Shown one piece after another: positions 21,358 to 29,508 of a stretch of DNA of 32,000 bases (positions within the stretch are counted from its first letter, which is position 1; each line of letters starts with the position of its first letter). The position numbers and the translations under genes are program-made. This DNA is from Telmatocola sphagniphila (GTDB lineage Bacteria > Planctomycetota > Planctomycetia > Gemmatales > Gemmataceae). The notes beneath the pieces are model-generated. The model had not been told where the DNA came from and did not search any database. It saw only the letters and a list, made by a program, of their open reading frames with translations. The stretch is taken from contig NZ_CP074694.1 in NCBI RefSeq assembly GCF_018398935.1, positions 4,050,001 through 4,082,000 on the forward strand, in the 5' to 3' direction.

Positions 21358-22482
21358 ATGCACCGCATCAAAATCGATCCTCGGCCCGACTGGCAGAAAC
21401 GAGTCGAAAAATACGGCTTGCACTACCATACTCTGCGCGGCGAACCCTATTGGGACGAATCCGCCGCGTATCAGTTCACCGCCTTCGAAGTCGACACCCT
21501 GGAAGCTGCCACCAACGAACTGCACGAAATGTGCATGAATCTGGTCCAGGAAGTCATCGACGAGCGAATGTTCGGGCTATTCCTCATCCCCAAAGAATTC
21601 GAAGATTACATTATCCAGTCCTGGGAAGCGGAAGAGCCCTCGATCTATGGACGGTTCGACTTGGCGTACGATGGCGTCCATCCTCCGGTGATGCTGGAAT
21701 ACAACGCCGATACTCCCACGGCCCTGGTCGAGGCTTCTGTTGCCCAATGGTACTGGCTGAAGGATATCGATGAACGGGGCGATCAGTTCAACAGCATCCA
21801 CGAAAAGCTCCTGGATGCCTGGCGGTCCGTGCTCGAAAAAGACGATTCGCGGATTCACTTCGCAGCCATGTCGGATGCCATGGAGGATTACATTACCGTC
21901 GAGTATCTGCGCGATACCGCCATTCAGGCAGGCTTTGATACGGAATACATCAACGTCGAGGCGATTGCCTGGAACTCCCTGTCGAATCGGTTCGTCGATA
22001 CAAAGATGCGGAATATCCAGCGAATCTTCAAACTCTATCCCTGGGAATGGCTGATACGCGAGGAATTCGGCAAGAATATCCTCCGCAACCAGACCCACTG
22101 GATCGAACCCGCCTGGAAAATGATTCTCAGCAACAAGGCAATTCTCCCTTTGCTGCACGAACGGCACCCTGATTGTCCTTATCTGGTACCAGCTTCGTTT
22201 CAGCCGCTCACGGGAGAGTACGTCCGTAAACCGTTGCAATCTCGGGAAGGCGCGAACGTCACGATCTTCCGGGGCGATACCGTTCAGCGTTCCACGGAAG
22301 GAGTTTATGGCGAAGGACCGTTCGTCTATCAACAATTAATTCCAATCAAGCCGCACGACGATCGTTATCCGGTGATTGGAAGTTGGGTGGTTAACGGTGT
22401 ATCCTGCGGCATTGGCATACGCGAGGATGACTCTCCGATTACCCAGAATACCAGCCGATTCGTGCCGCACCAGATGGTGTGA
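21358..22482 (+). CDS. Glutathionylspermidine-synthase-like ATP-grasp ligase, YgiC/YjfC family
   Basis: Start at the ATG at 21358 (MHRIKIDPRPDWQKRVEKYGLHYHTLRGEPYWDESAAY), 374 aa. Near-collinear blocks with E. coli YgiC as I recall it: 'PSIYGRFDLAYDG', 'LEYNADTPTAL', 'DQFNSIHEKL', 'FKLYPWEW', 'WIEPAWKMILSNKAILPLL', 'VRKPLQSREGANV', 'IGSWVVNGVSCGIGIRED'. Confidence 0.9.
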   Translation: MHRIKIDPRPDWQKRVEKYGLHYHTLRGEPYWDESAAYQFTAFEVDTLEAATNELHEMCMNLVQEVIDERMFGLFLIPKEFEDYIIQSWEAEEPSIYGRFDLAYDGVHPPVMLEYNADTPTALVEASVAQWYWLKDIDERGDQFNSIHEKLLDAWRSVLEKDDSRIHFAAMSDAMEDYITVEYLRDTAIQAGFDTEYINVEAIAWNSLSNRFVDTKMRNIQRIFKLYPWEWLIREEFGKNILRNQTHWIEPAWKMILSNKAILPLLHERHPDCPYLVPASFQPLTGEYVRKPLQSREGANVTIFRGDTVQRSTEGVYGEGPFVYQQLIPIKPHDDRYPVIGSWVVNGVSCGIGIREDDSPITQNTSRFVPHQMV

Positions 22483-23960
22483 GCCGTCGAAGGATACCCA
22501 TGAGCCAGACGTACGATTTAGCACAACTCGATGAAGTGACGACCGGCTACCTCCGTAAGGCACGCGATACTCGTGCCACCGGCTTACCCGGGGCGATTCT
22601 CGAAGGCTCCAACGGCAATCCCCTGTGGATCTTCCTGTTGGGGCTGATGGTTCTGATCATTACACTGATTCTGACTTTTCCGAGTTCCGAGGATCCTCAC
22701 AAGACGGCCATGTTGCAAACCGCGGGATTCCTCCTGGGCGGTTGGACCACACTTTATGCCTTTCGAGTCTGGCGGGCGCAAGGCCGGAACCAGAACCTAG
22801 GAAGATTCTGGTATGCCGATCCACACTATCTCTGGATGTGCAGTGGTTGGAAAGTGACGATTCTGGCTCAGGGAAGTATTAAATTAGCCAAGACCCAGAG
22901 CATTTCTGACCAATCCAAACTCAGCAAGGTCGTAGTTCAGACGCTGGCTGGAAACTATACGTTTGTGGCTAGCGATTCACTCATGGCTTCCTATTTCGTG
23001 GATTTCCTGAACGTATTGCACGAATTGAAGGTGCGTTACCCCGATGCGGCGAACATGTCCCCGGCTCAACTCGGACACAATGCCCAGATCATCGCCGGAC
23101 AGGGCCGTTACCCCGAATTTCTCGATCGCGGGAGCGGCGGCCTATTGAACTCCTTGCCCCATCCTCAAGTGGGCAATTCCTCCTCGAGCGGCATCGTACC
23201 GCTGCTGATCATACTGGCTGTGGGTTGCCTCTGCTACTTCGGACTTCCCAAAATCAATGAGCCTCTCCGCGACGAATCGACCTACGCGCATGCTCTCAGT
23301 CAGAAAGATCATGATCTGCACCCATTGAGAAATTATCTTGCGGACGAACGAAATAAACTGCATCGAGAAGACGCGGAAAAAGCGCTGAGTGAAGCCTTCG
23401 ATAAGCAGATTGCGGCAATTCAGCAAAAGGAAGGTGTCGATCCACTGAGAGCCGATGCATTTTGTAAGATCTTGGACAAGATCCGTTCTGACCGAAAACT
23501 CGGGCTCTATATCTATCTTAACGAAATCAAGAATGATCAACTGAAAGGGGAGGATTTCCAGGAGATAAACGTCGGCGATCGAAAAGACCGCGCGGTGAAA
23601 CGGGTATCTCGCAAAGTTCTTTCCGTACTTCAGCCCGGGCTAGTTCGTTTCCTGGCTTTGACTTCCGAGGAAGATCGAGCCAATCTGGTCATCACCTGGA
23701 AATTATTGAACCCCCGGCCCAACAATGTTTATGACATTCAGTGGTCGTACACTTTGAAGGCGCCGCAAAGCAGTTCCGAATCCCAAAGTCCCGTCGAACC
23801 CGAGAAACCCTTCTTTACGAAGACCCAGATTTTTCAGAATAAAAGCGTCGCGGGAGTCGAAAACCTCCTGAACTTGATCCTCGATGATTTATTGCACAAA
23901 ACTTTCGGCAGTGTGATTGAAATCATGGATCTACCGAATCTGGAAGAAGACAACAATTAA
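22479..23960 (+). CDS. Membrane protein of unknown function (3 predicted TM helices), translationally coupled to the ATP-grasp gene
   Basis: The GTG at 22479 overlaps the upstream TGA (GTGA); an alternative ATG is at 22500. TM segments: 'LWIFLLGLMVLIITLILTF', 'TAGFLLGGWTTLYAFRVW', 'IVPLLIILAVGCLCYFGL'. A ~250-aa charged C-terminal region follows. I recognise no motif. Confidence 0.65.
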   Translation: MSRRRIPMSQTYDLAQLDEVTTGYLRKARDTRATGLPGAILEGSNGNPLWIFLLGLMVLIITLILTFPSSEDPHKTAMLQTAGFLLGGWTTLYAFRVWRAQGRNQNLGRFWYADPHYLWMCSGWKVTILAQGSIKLAKTQSISDQSKLSKVVVQTLAGNYTFVASDSLMASYFVDFLNVLHELKVRYPDAANMSPAQLGHNAQIIAGQGRYPEFLDRGSGGLLNSLPHPQVGNSSSSGIVPLLIILAVGCLCYFGLPKINEPLRDESTYAHALSQKDHDLHPLRNYLADERNKLHREDAEKALSEAFDKQIAAIQQKEGVDPLRADAFCKILDKIRSDRKLGLYIYLNEIKNDQLKGEDFQEINVGDRKDRAVKRVSRKVLSVLQPGLVRFLALTSEEDRANLVITWKLLNPRPNNVYDIQWSYTLKAPQSSSESQSPVEPEKPFFTKTQIFQNKSVAGVENLLNLILDDLLHKTFGSVIEIMDLPNLEEDNN

Positions 23961-23969
23961 CTCCGCACT

Positions 23970-24872
23970 TTATCTCTGCCGGGATTTCCGCTCCTGCAGA
24001 TATCGATAAGCGGCAAGAATCTTTTGCCGTACCGGCTCAGCCATTTGCGACAAACGCTTTTGGTGAATCAGGTACTCTTCCCGCCCGTTCCTCGTTTCGA
24101 TGGGGATCGGTTCCAGCCCAAATTTCTTGACATCATAAGGACTGGCCCGCATATCGATCTGGCGAGCCTCCCAGGCGAGTAGAAAAGAGTCCCGCACGAT
24201 TTCGGATTCGATCCAGGGGATAATCTTCTGCGAAAACTTGTAGAGATCCATGCACACGTGTACGCAGGCCGGTTGATCATTCTCCACCGTAGTCTGCCGA
24301 GTTAAGGCGATCCGATTTTTCGGTAATGACTCGGGTGTAAAAAAACGGTACGCATCGTAATGAGTGCAGCGTAACCCCAGATCCTCCACGACGGCGGCAA
24401 TTTCCGAACTCGTCAAACGCAACGGTGTCGAAGCGTGGCGAATTTCTTGAGTTCGATAGACCATCGCCCATTCATGTAAGCCGAAGCAGTTCCAGTTCGG
24501 CGTCCGCTCCCCCGTTGCTCGCAGGTAATCGAGCGCCCAGTCCAGATAATCGACACGATGATCCGGAAAACCCGAAGTGGATATTACCACTCCTTCTTCA
24601 AGTTGTTCTCCTTCCACCGGCCAGTCGGTCTTCTTCCGTTGAGCATTGGCGAGAATGACATCCGGCCCCGGAGACCAGCGGAGTAATTGACCCGGCCGAA
24701 GCGGATAGTACTCGAAGAGGAAATCATTGATGGGATGCTTGACCTGGCTGGCCATCCGAACGAGTCGCTCGTCCGCATAGGGCCTTAGATCGTCCTGATA
24801 TTGCTGCCGGCGTTCTTCCCAGGCGGATTCCGGCAGCAGACGATATTCGAAGGTGGAAGGAACGCTGTTCAT
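23970..24872 (-). CDS. Conserved hypothetical protein (~300 aa; from memory, this family is sometimes auto-annotated as 3-methyladenine DNA glycosylase)
   Basis: A clean ATG-to-stop ORF with the blocks 'HPINDFLFEYYPLRPGQLLRWSPG', 'NWNCFGLHEWAMVY', 'CTHYDAYRFF', 'CMDLYKFSQKIIPW', 'DMRASPYDVKKFGLEPIPIETRNGREEY'. Function unknown to me. Confidence 0.6.
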   Translation of the reverse strand: MNSVPSTFEYRLLPESAWEERRQQYQDDLRPYADERLVRMASQVKHPINDFLFEYYPLRPGQLLRWSPGPDVILANAQRKKTDWPVEGEQLEEGVVISTSGFPDHRVDYLDWALDYLRATGERTPNWNCFGLHEWAMVYRTQEIRHASTPLRLTSSEIAAVVEDLGLRCTHYDAYRFFTPESLPKNRIALTRQTTVENDQPACVHVCMDLYKFSQKIIPWIESEIVRDSFLLAWEARQIDMRASPYDVKKFGLEPIPIETRNGREEYLIHQKRLSQMAEPVRQKILAAYRYLQERKSRQR

Positions 24873-24959
24873 TTGGAATTAGAGAGCTTTCAATTTCTCC
24901 ATGCGGTTACCGCGGCATAGATTGTTATAGTCGGTTCAGAAGATCGGGAGTCAACCGGA

Positions 24960-25409
24960 ATGCGGGCAGTCGTTCAGCGAGTAAATGGGGCACAAGTCAC
25001 AGTCGGCGAGGAAGTGACCGGTCGGATCGAGCGGGGATTGTTAATCCTGATCGCTTTTCATCAATCCGATAGCGAAGCGAACATCCCCTGGATGGCCGAG
25101 AAACTCGTGAATCTGCGGATATTCGAAGATGAAGCCGGGAAGATGAAAAGAAGCCTCATCGACGTCGAAGGTAGCCTCCTGGTAGTTTCGCAATTCACCC
25201 TATACGGCGATTGCAGCAAAGGCCGGCGTCCCAGCTTCATCGATTCCGCCCGGCCGGAAGTTGCCGAACCCCTGTATTTGAAATTCATCGAATATCTGAA
25301 GCGATTTGCCATGACCGTGGCTACCGGTCGCTTCGGCGCCGACATGCAAGTTAAATTGATCAACGATGGTCCGGTAACTCTCATAATTGATTCACCTGAC
25401 AATCGATAA
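24960..25409 (+). CDS. dtd: D-aminoacyl-tRNA deacylase
   Basis: 149 aa: 'MRAVVQRVNGAQVTV...GRIERGLLILIAF', 'SQFTLYGDCSKGRRPSF', 'GRFGADMQVKLINDGPVTLIIDS'. These are the canonical Dtd blocks. Confidence 0.95.
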   Translation: MRAVVQRVNGAQVTVGEEVTGRIERGLLILIAFHQSDSEANIPWMAEKLVNLRIFEDEAGKMKRSLIDVEGSLLVVSQFTLYGDCSKGRRPSFIDSARPEVAEPLYLKFIEYLKRFAMTVATGRFGADMQVKLINDGPVTLIIDSPDNR

Positions 25410-25610
25410 AGCCCGCACATTTTACCCAATCGGCAGTTTCCAGAGAACCTTTCTTTTACGTTCAATCCTTTCGCGCAGCGACTTAGGTAGGCCGGGAAGC
25501 TTCGATCCGACCGGGGAATTTGGATTTACTCGGCAATCTCGGCCGATTCCAGAGAGAGACGTGTTTCAGGTAAGTCCGCGCAGGGAAGCCGGGGCCTGAA
25601 ATGTGTCACC

Positions 25611-27056
25611 ATGCCGGGAGCCTGCATGAAAGTCCTTTCTGCTGTGACATTGCCCCGCCGAATATTTCTCTCCGCATGCTTCAGTGTGATCGCCGGTCTC
25701 GTACCGACACCCATTCAGGCTCAGAATAACGCCAATCGACCGCTCTTTCCACAGACGGGGACGAATCCCCGCCGGACGGCGTGTGTGGAAGTCGCCGAAA
25801 AATGTCGCGGGGCGGTCGTGAACATCCACAGTGAACGCACCATCAGTGCCGCCACTCGAGACCAGTTCTACGAACAGGTTCAATCTTCGCAACGCGTCAA
25901 CGGCATGGGAACGGGCATTGTCATCGACCCGCGCGGCTATGTGATCACCAATCACCATGTGGTGGACGATGTCCAACTGCTGCGAGTTCGCCTGACCGAT
26001 GGCTCCAACCTGCTGGCTCGGGTTGTCGCTCGCGATCCCGAAAACGATCTGGCTCTGCTGAAAATCGATCCGGCGAAACCGCTCCCCACGATTCCGCTGG
26101 GCACGGCCACCGACCTGATGGATGGTGAACCGGTCATCGCCATTGGTAACGCCTTCGGCTATGAGCACACTATTACCACAGGTATCGTCAGTGCTCAGAA
26201 GCGTAACGTCAGCCTGAATAAAGAAGTCTCCTATCGCAATCTGATCCAGACCGATGCCAGCATCAACCCCGGCAACTCCGGCGGACCTTTGTTGAACGTC
26301 TACGGCGAGTTGATCGGCGTGAACGTCGCCATTCGCGCCGGGGCGCAGGGAATTGGCTTCACGATCCCGGTCGACCAGATGATCAATGCCGCGTCGGATA
26401 TGATCAGCCTGCGTCGCCGTACGGGGATCATTCACGGCCTGGGTATTCGCAATATGTTGGATGCGTCTCAGAATCCGATTCGTCGCTGGGCCCTGGTGGA
26501 TCGCTGCGATGCCAAGTTCCCGGGCGCCGAAGCGGGCCTGCAGATCGGAGATGTCATCGATCGCGTCGGCGAATTCGAAGTGAAAACGAATCTCGACTTC
26601 GAACGGGCTCTCATCGATATCCGAAATGGCGAAAAGCTGGTCGTCCTAGGCCGACGGGGTGTGAATGCCAAGGGGGAAGGCGGCGCCGAGTTCAAGTTGG
26701 AACTCGTTCTGAAGCCTACTAATTCGGTCAACGCCACGGCAGTTTCCAATAGCGATATCGTCTGGAAGAAATTGGGCATTCGAGTTCAACCGGCCAATGT
26801 CGAAACGGTGACCAAAGTGAACGCTCAACTGCACGGCGGCATGACGATTCTCGAAGTGAATACCAATAGCCCAGCCGCCAAGGCCGGATTGCAACGAGGC
26901 GATATTCTCATCGGCCTGCATCAGTGGGAAACGATCACCTCGGAGAACATTCAATTCGTGCTGACCCACCCGGACCTGAATAGTTTTACACCCTTGCGAT
27001 ATCACCTAATTCGCAACGGCAAATTGCAGCCCGGCTGGTTTGGCACGATTGATTAG
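25611..27056 (+). CDS. HtrA/DegP-family periplasmic serine protease (S1C) with two PDZ domains
   Basis: Catalytic triad contexts: 'YVITNHHVV' (His), 'ENDLALLKI' (Asp), 'TDASINPGNSGGPLLN' (Ser). PDZ-like segments: 'GLQIGDVIDRVGEFEV' and 'GLQRGDILIGLHQWE'. N-terminal signal-like 'MKVLSAVTLPRRIFLSACFSVIAGLV'. Alternative start ATG at 25626. Confidence 0.9.
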   Translation: MPGACMKVLSAVTLPRRIFLSACFSVIAGLVPTPIQAQNNANRPLFPQTGTNPRRTACVEVAEKCRGAVVNIHSERTISAATRDQFYEQVQSSQRVNGMGTGIVIDPRGYVITNHHVVDDVQLLRVRLTDGSNLLARVVARDPENDLALLKIDPAKPLPTIPLGTATDLMDGEPVIAIGNAFGYEHTITTGIVSAQKRNVSLNKEVSYRNLIQTDASINPGNSGGPLLNVYGELIGVNVAIRAGAQGIGFTIPVDQMINAASDMISLRRRTGIIHGLGIRNMLDASQNPIRRWALVDRCDAKFPGAEAGLQIGDVIDRVGEFEVKTNLDFERALIDIRNGEKLVVLGRRGVNAKGEGGAEFKLELVLKPTNSVNATAVSNSDIVWKKLGIRVQPANVETVTKVNAQLHGGMTILEVNTNSPAAKAGLQRGDILIGLHQWETITSENIQFVLTHPDLNSFTPLRYHLIRNGKLQPGWFGTID

Positions 27057-27086
27057 GCCGCATACCACTCACTTTTGATTAACTGC

Positions 27087-27111
27087 AAGGGTCGGCCAAG
27101 AGCCGGCCCTT
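27087..27111 (+). terminator. Candidate Rho-independent terminator after the HtrA-family gene
   Basis: AAGGGTCGGC (27087-27096), loop CAAGA, GCCGGCCCTT (27102-27111). This gives a 10-bp stem including one G-U pair, followed by the modestly T-rich 'tactcgtttcggtatcttcctttt'. It starts 31 nt after the stop at 27056. Confidence 0.45.
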
Positions 27112-27229
27112 ACTCGTTTCGGTATCTTCCTTTTACTTCAAACCACCGCGCACTCAGCCCGCTTCGAGAATTCTGTTCGTCCCTACTTGCTGCCAGGCAT
27201 AAAACGGTCGGTAAGTGAAACAGAATCTG

Positions 27230-28417
27230 ATGGAGCTTTCGATGTCCCTCCCTGGTCAGCTAAACATCCCCAATCGCCTGCTTCTGGGCCCCGGTCCCAG
27301 TGATGCCCATCCGCGCGTACTCGCGGCCATGGCCAATCCGCTGCTGGGGCATCTCGATCCGGCCTACCTCGAGATTATGAATGAAACTGCGGCTATGCTG
27401 CGCGAAGCTTTTCAAACGAAGAATCCGCTGACATTTCCGATCAGCGCGACAGGTATGGCCGGGATGGAAACCTGTCTCGTCAACCTTCTGGAAGCCGGTG
27501 ACAAAGTCATCATTTGCCAAGCCGGATTTTTCAGCTTAAGGATGGTGGAAGTCGCCACCCGGTGTGGTGCGGAAGTTACCACAATCACCAAGCCCTGGGG
27601 GCAGGTATTCGAACTGAGCGAAATTCGCGAGGCACTCCAGCGTATTCGCCCCAAGGCACTCGGAATCGTTCAGGCGGAGACCTCCACCGGGAGCTGGCAG
27701 CCGATCGAAGAGCTGGGCAAGCTCTGCCACGAATTCGATTGCCTTCTCGTGGTCGATGCCGTGACGGCTCTGGGATGCATTCCGGTGAAAGTCGATGAAT
27801 GGGAGATAGATGCCATTTATAGCTGCTCGCAGAAAGGCCTCAGTTGCCCCCCGGGTCTGGCGCCGGTTTCGTTCAGCCCGCGTGCCGAAGCCACTATAAG
27901 CAAACGCAAAACCAAGGTTCAGAGTTGGTATCTGGACATGACTTTGCTGAAACAATATTGGGGAGCGGAACGGGCCTATCATCATACGGCCCCGATCTCG
28001 ATGACCTACGCATTACGCGAAGGTTTGAAAATCGTTCTGGAAGAAGGTTTGGAGAATCGCTGGGCTCGGCATCTGAAAAATCACACCGCTCTCAAAGCGG
28101 GGCTTATTGCTCTGGGTCTACACTACACCGCTCAAGACGGCCATCAGTTACCGCAGTTGAATGCGGTTCGAATTCCTGATGGCGTGGATGATATGGCCAC
28201 GCGAAAAAAATTACTGATGGAATTCGGCATCGAAGTCGGCGGAGGGCTCGGCGATTTCAAAGGTAAGGTTTGGCGCATCGGCCTGATGGGTTACAACAGC
28301 AAATCGAGCTCCGTTTTCACTGTACTCGCTGCACTGGAACAGTGCTTGCGCTCGGCGGGCGCGAAAGTGACGCCGGGGTCCGGGGTCGCCGCCGCCGAGT
28401 TAGCTTACCAACGTTAG
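27230..28417 (+). CDS. Class-V PLP-dependent aminotransferase (serine-pyruvate / alanine-glyoxylate aminotransferase family)
   Basis: 'LLLGPGPSDAHPRVLAAMANPLLGHLDPAYLEIMNE', 'VVDAVTALG', and the PLP-lysine context 'YSCSQKGLSCPPGLAPVSFS'. The start is ambiguous: GTG at 27215, ATG at 27230, ATG at 27242. Confidence 0.9.
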   Translation: MELSMSLPGQLNIPNRLLLGPGPSDAHPRVLAAMANPLLGHLDPAYLEIMNETAAMLREAFQTKNPLTFPISATGMAGMETCLVNLLEAGDKVIICQAGFFSLRMVEVATRCGAEVTTITKPWGQVFELSEIREALQRIRPKALGIVQAETSTGSWQPIEELGKLCHEFDCLLVVDAVTALGCIPVKVDEWEIDAIYSCSQKGLSCPPGLAPVSFSPRAEATISKRKTKVQSWYLDMTLLKQYWGAERAYHHTAPISMTYALREGLKIVLEEGLENRWARHLKNHTALKAGLIALGLHYTAQDGHQLPQLNAVRIPDGVDDMATRKKLLMEFGIEVGGGLGDFKGKVWRIGLMGYNSKSSSVFTVLAALEQCLRSAGAKVTPGSGVAAAELAYQR

Positions 28418-28582
28418 CCAATCGGAAATACACTTTTCGCCAGGTTCGTCGCTATTCCCTCGAATCTGGCTTGTCCGATTTGCCCAACCTATCCCCCTTT
28501 CACTGAATCCGTCTTGCGGTTTATAAAGTCCGCCGGTATTGTCCGCACCTGATTATCGATCGAATTTCCGGGGGCGGAATTC

Positions 28583-29488
28583 ATGCGGGGGATAGGATAC
28601 AGCCTTTTAGCGGCGGTCGGCGCCTGGGCGTTCTGGCCCACTCTTCGCGATCTCGCGGAGAAGTGGCAGCACGATCCGCAGTATTCTCACGGGCTGCTGG
28701 TCCCCTTTTTCGTCGCTTATCTAATTCATCGTAAGCGGGAAGACCTCAAACAAATTTCGGCGGTACCCTCCTGGCCTCTAAGTCTGTTATTTCTCTCCAC
28801 TGCGTTAGGGTGCCGGGCAACATCGGCGATTTTCGATTTTCTGCCTCTCGATGGTTTGGCCCTAATTCTTGTTCTGGCCGGTGCTGTGAGTCTGATTCAA
28901 GGAAAAGAGATGCTGAAGACCGTTGCACCGGCTCTCGGATTTCTCTTGTTCGCATTGCCGCTGCCGTACAGCATGGAACGCTGGCTCAGCCAGGATTTAC
29001 AGCATCTGGCGACTCTCGCCAGCACCTATCTGCTCCAGGCGATCGGGCAGCCGGCGATCAATGAAGGCAATGTGATTCTCATCGATGAAATTAAGCTCGG
29101 CATTGTCGAAGCCTGCTCCGGCCTGCGCATGCTGATGACTTTCGCGGCCTTCGCGACGGGAATCACTCTGCTGATCGATCGGAGCTGGGCAACCAAGACC
29201 GTTTTAATTCTTAGCGCAATTCCGATCGCCCTGATCGTCAACGTATTACGGATCTCGGCAACCGGCCTGGCCTACGTACTGCTGCGGGAAGCTCCCGAAC
29301 GGCAGAACATGCTGGGTTTCATTCACGACTTTAATGGCTGGATGATGATGCCGGTCGCTCTGGTCCTGTTCGGGATTGAATTGAAAGTATTGCAATGGTT
29401 GCTCGTCGAGCCAGAGAAACTGGAACGGGTGATTTCGTTTCCGATTCGGCGTGAGATGCCAGAAGTACCGGCTCGAAAAGCCGCCTAA
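28583..29488 (+). CDS. Exosortase (EpsH/Xrt family transpeptidase)
   Basis: 'FWPTLRDLAEKWQHDPQYSHGLLVPF'; a polytopic membrane core; the catalytic Cys context 'VEACSGLRMLMTF' (Cys178, nt 29114-29116); conserved Arg 'IVNVLRI'; conserved His 'FIHDFNGW'. Confidence 0.9.
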   Translation: MRGIGYSLLAAVGAWAFWPTLRDLAEKWQHDPQYSHGLLVPFFVAYLIHRKREDLKQISAVPSWPLSLLFLSTALGCRATSAIFDFLPLDGLALILVLAGAVSLIQGKEMLKTVAPALGFLLFALPLPYSMERWLSQDLQHLATLASTYLLQAIGQPAINEGNVILIDEIKLGIVEACSGLRMLMTFAAFATGITLLIDRSWATKTVLILSAIPIALIVNVLRISATGLAYVLLREAPERQNMLGFIHDFNGWMMMPVALVLFGIELKVLQWLLVEPEKLERVISFPIRREMPEVPARKAA

Positions 29489-29508
29489 GGAATGGGAATT
29501 CCGAACCG

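Noticed and set aside
21577-22335. 252-aa minus-strand ORF inside the YgiC-like gene, and a 210-aa minus-strand ORF at 29992..30624 inside the Wzz-like gene.
   Set aside because: These are shadow ORFs opposite strongly supported genes, with no motifs.
25564-25601. 7-bp stem (TTTCAGG / CCTGAAA) with a 24-nt loop, 10 nt upstream of the HtrA-family start. I considered it as a possible RNA thermometer.
   Set aside because: The stem is short, the loop is large, and no SD-like sequence is sequestered. This does not rise above chance.
25566-26435. 289-aa minus-strand ORF overlapping the HtrA-family gene.
   Set aside because: It is antisense to a gene with an intact His/Asp/Ser triad and PDZ domains. 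Its own translation has no recognisable motif and a skewed Asp/Arg/Gly composition.
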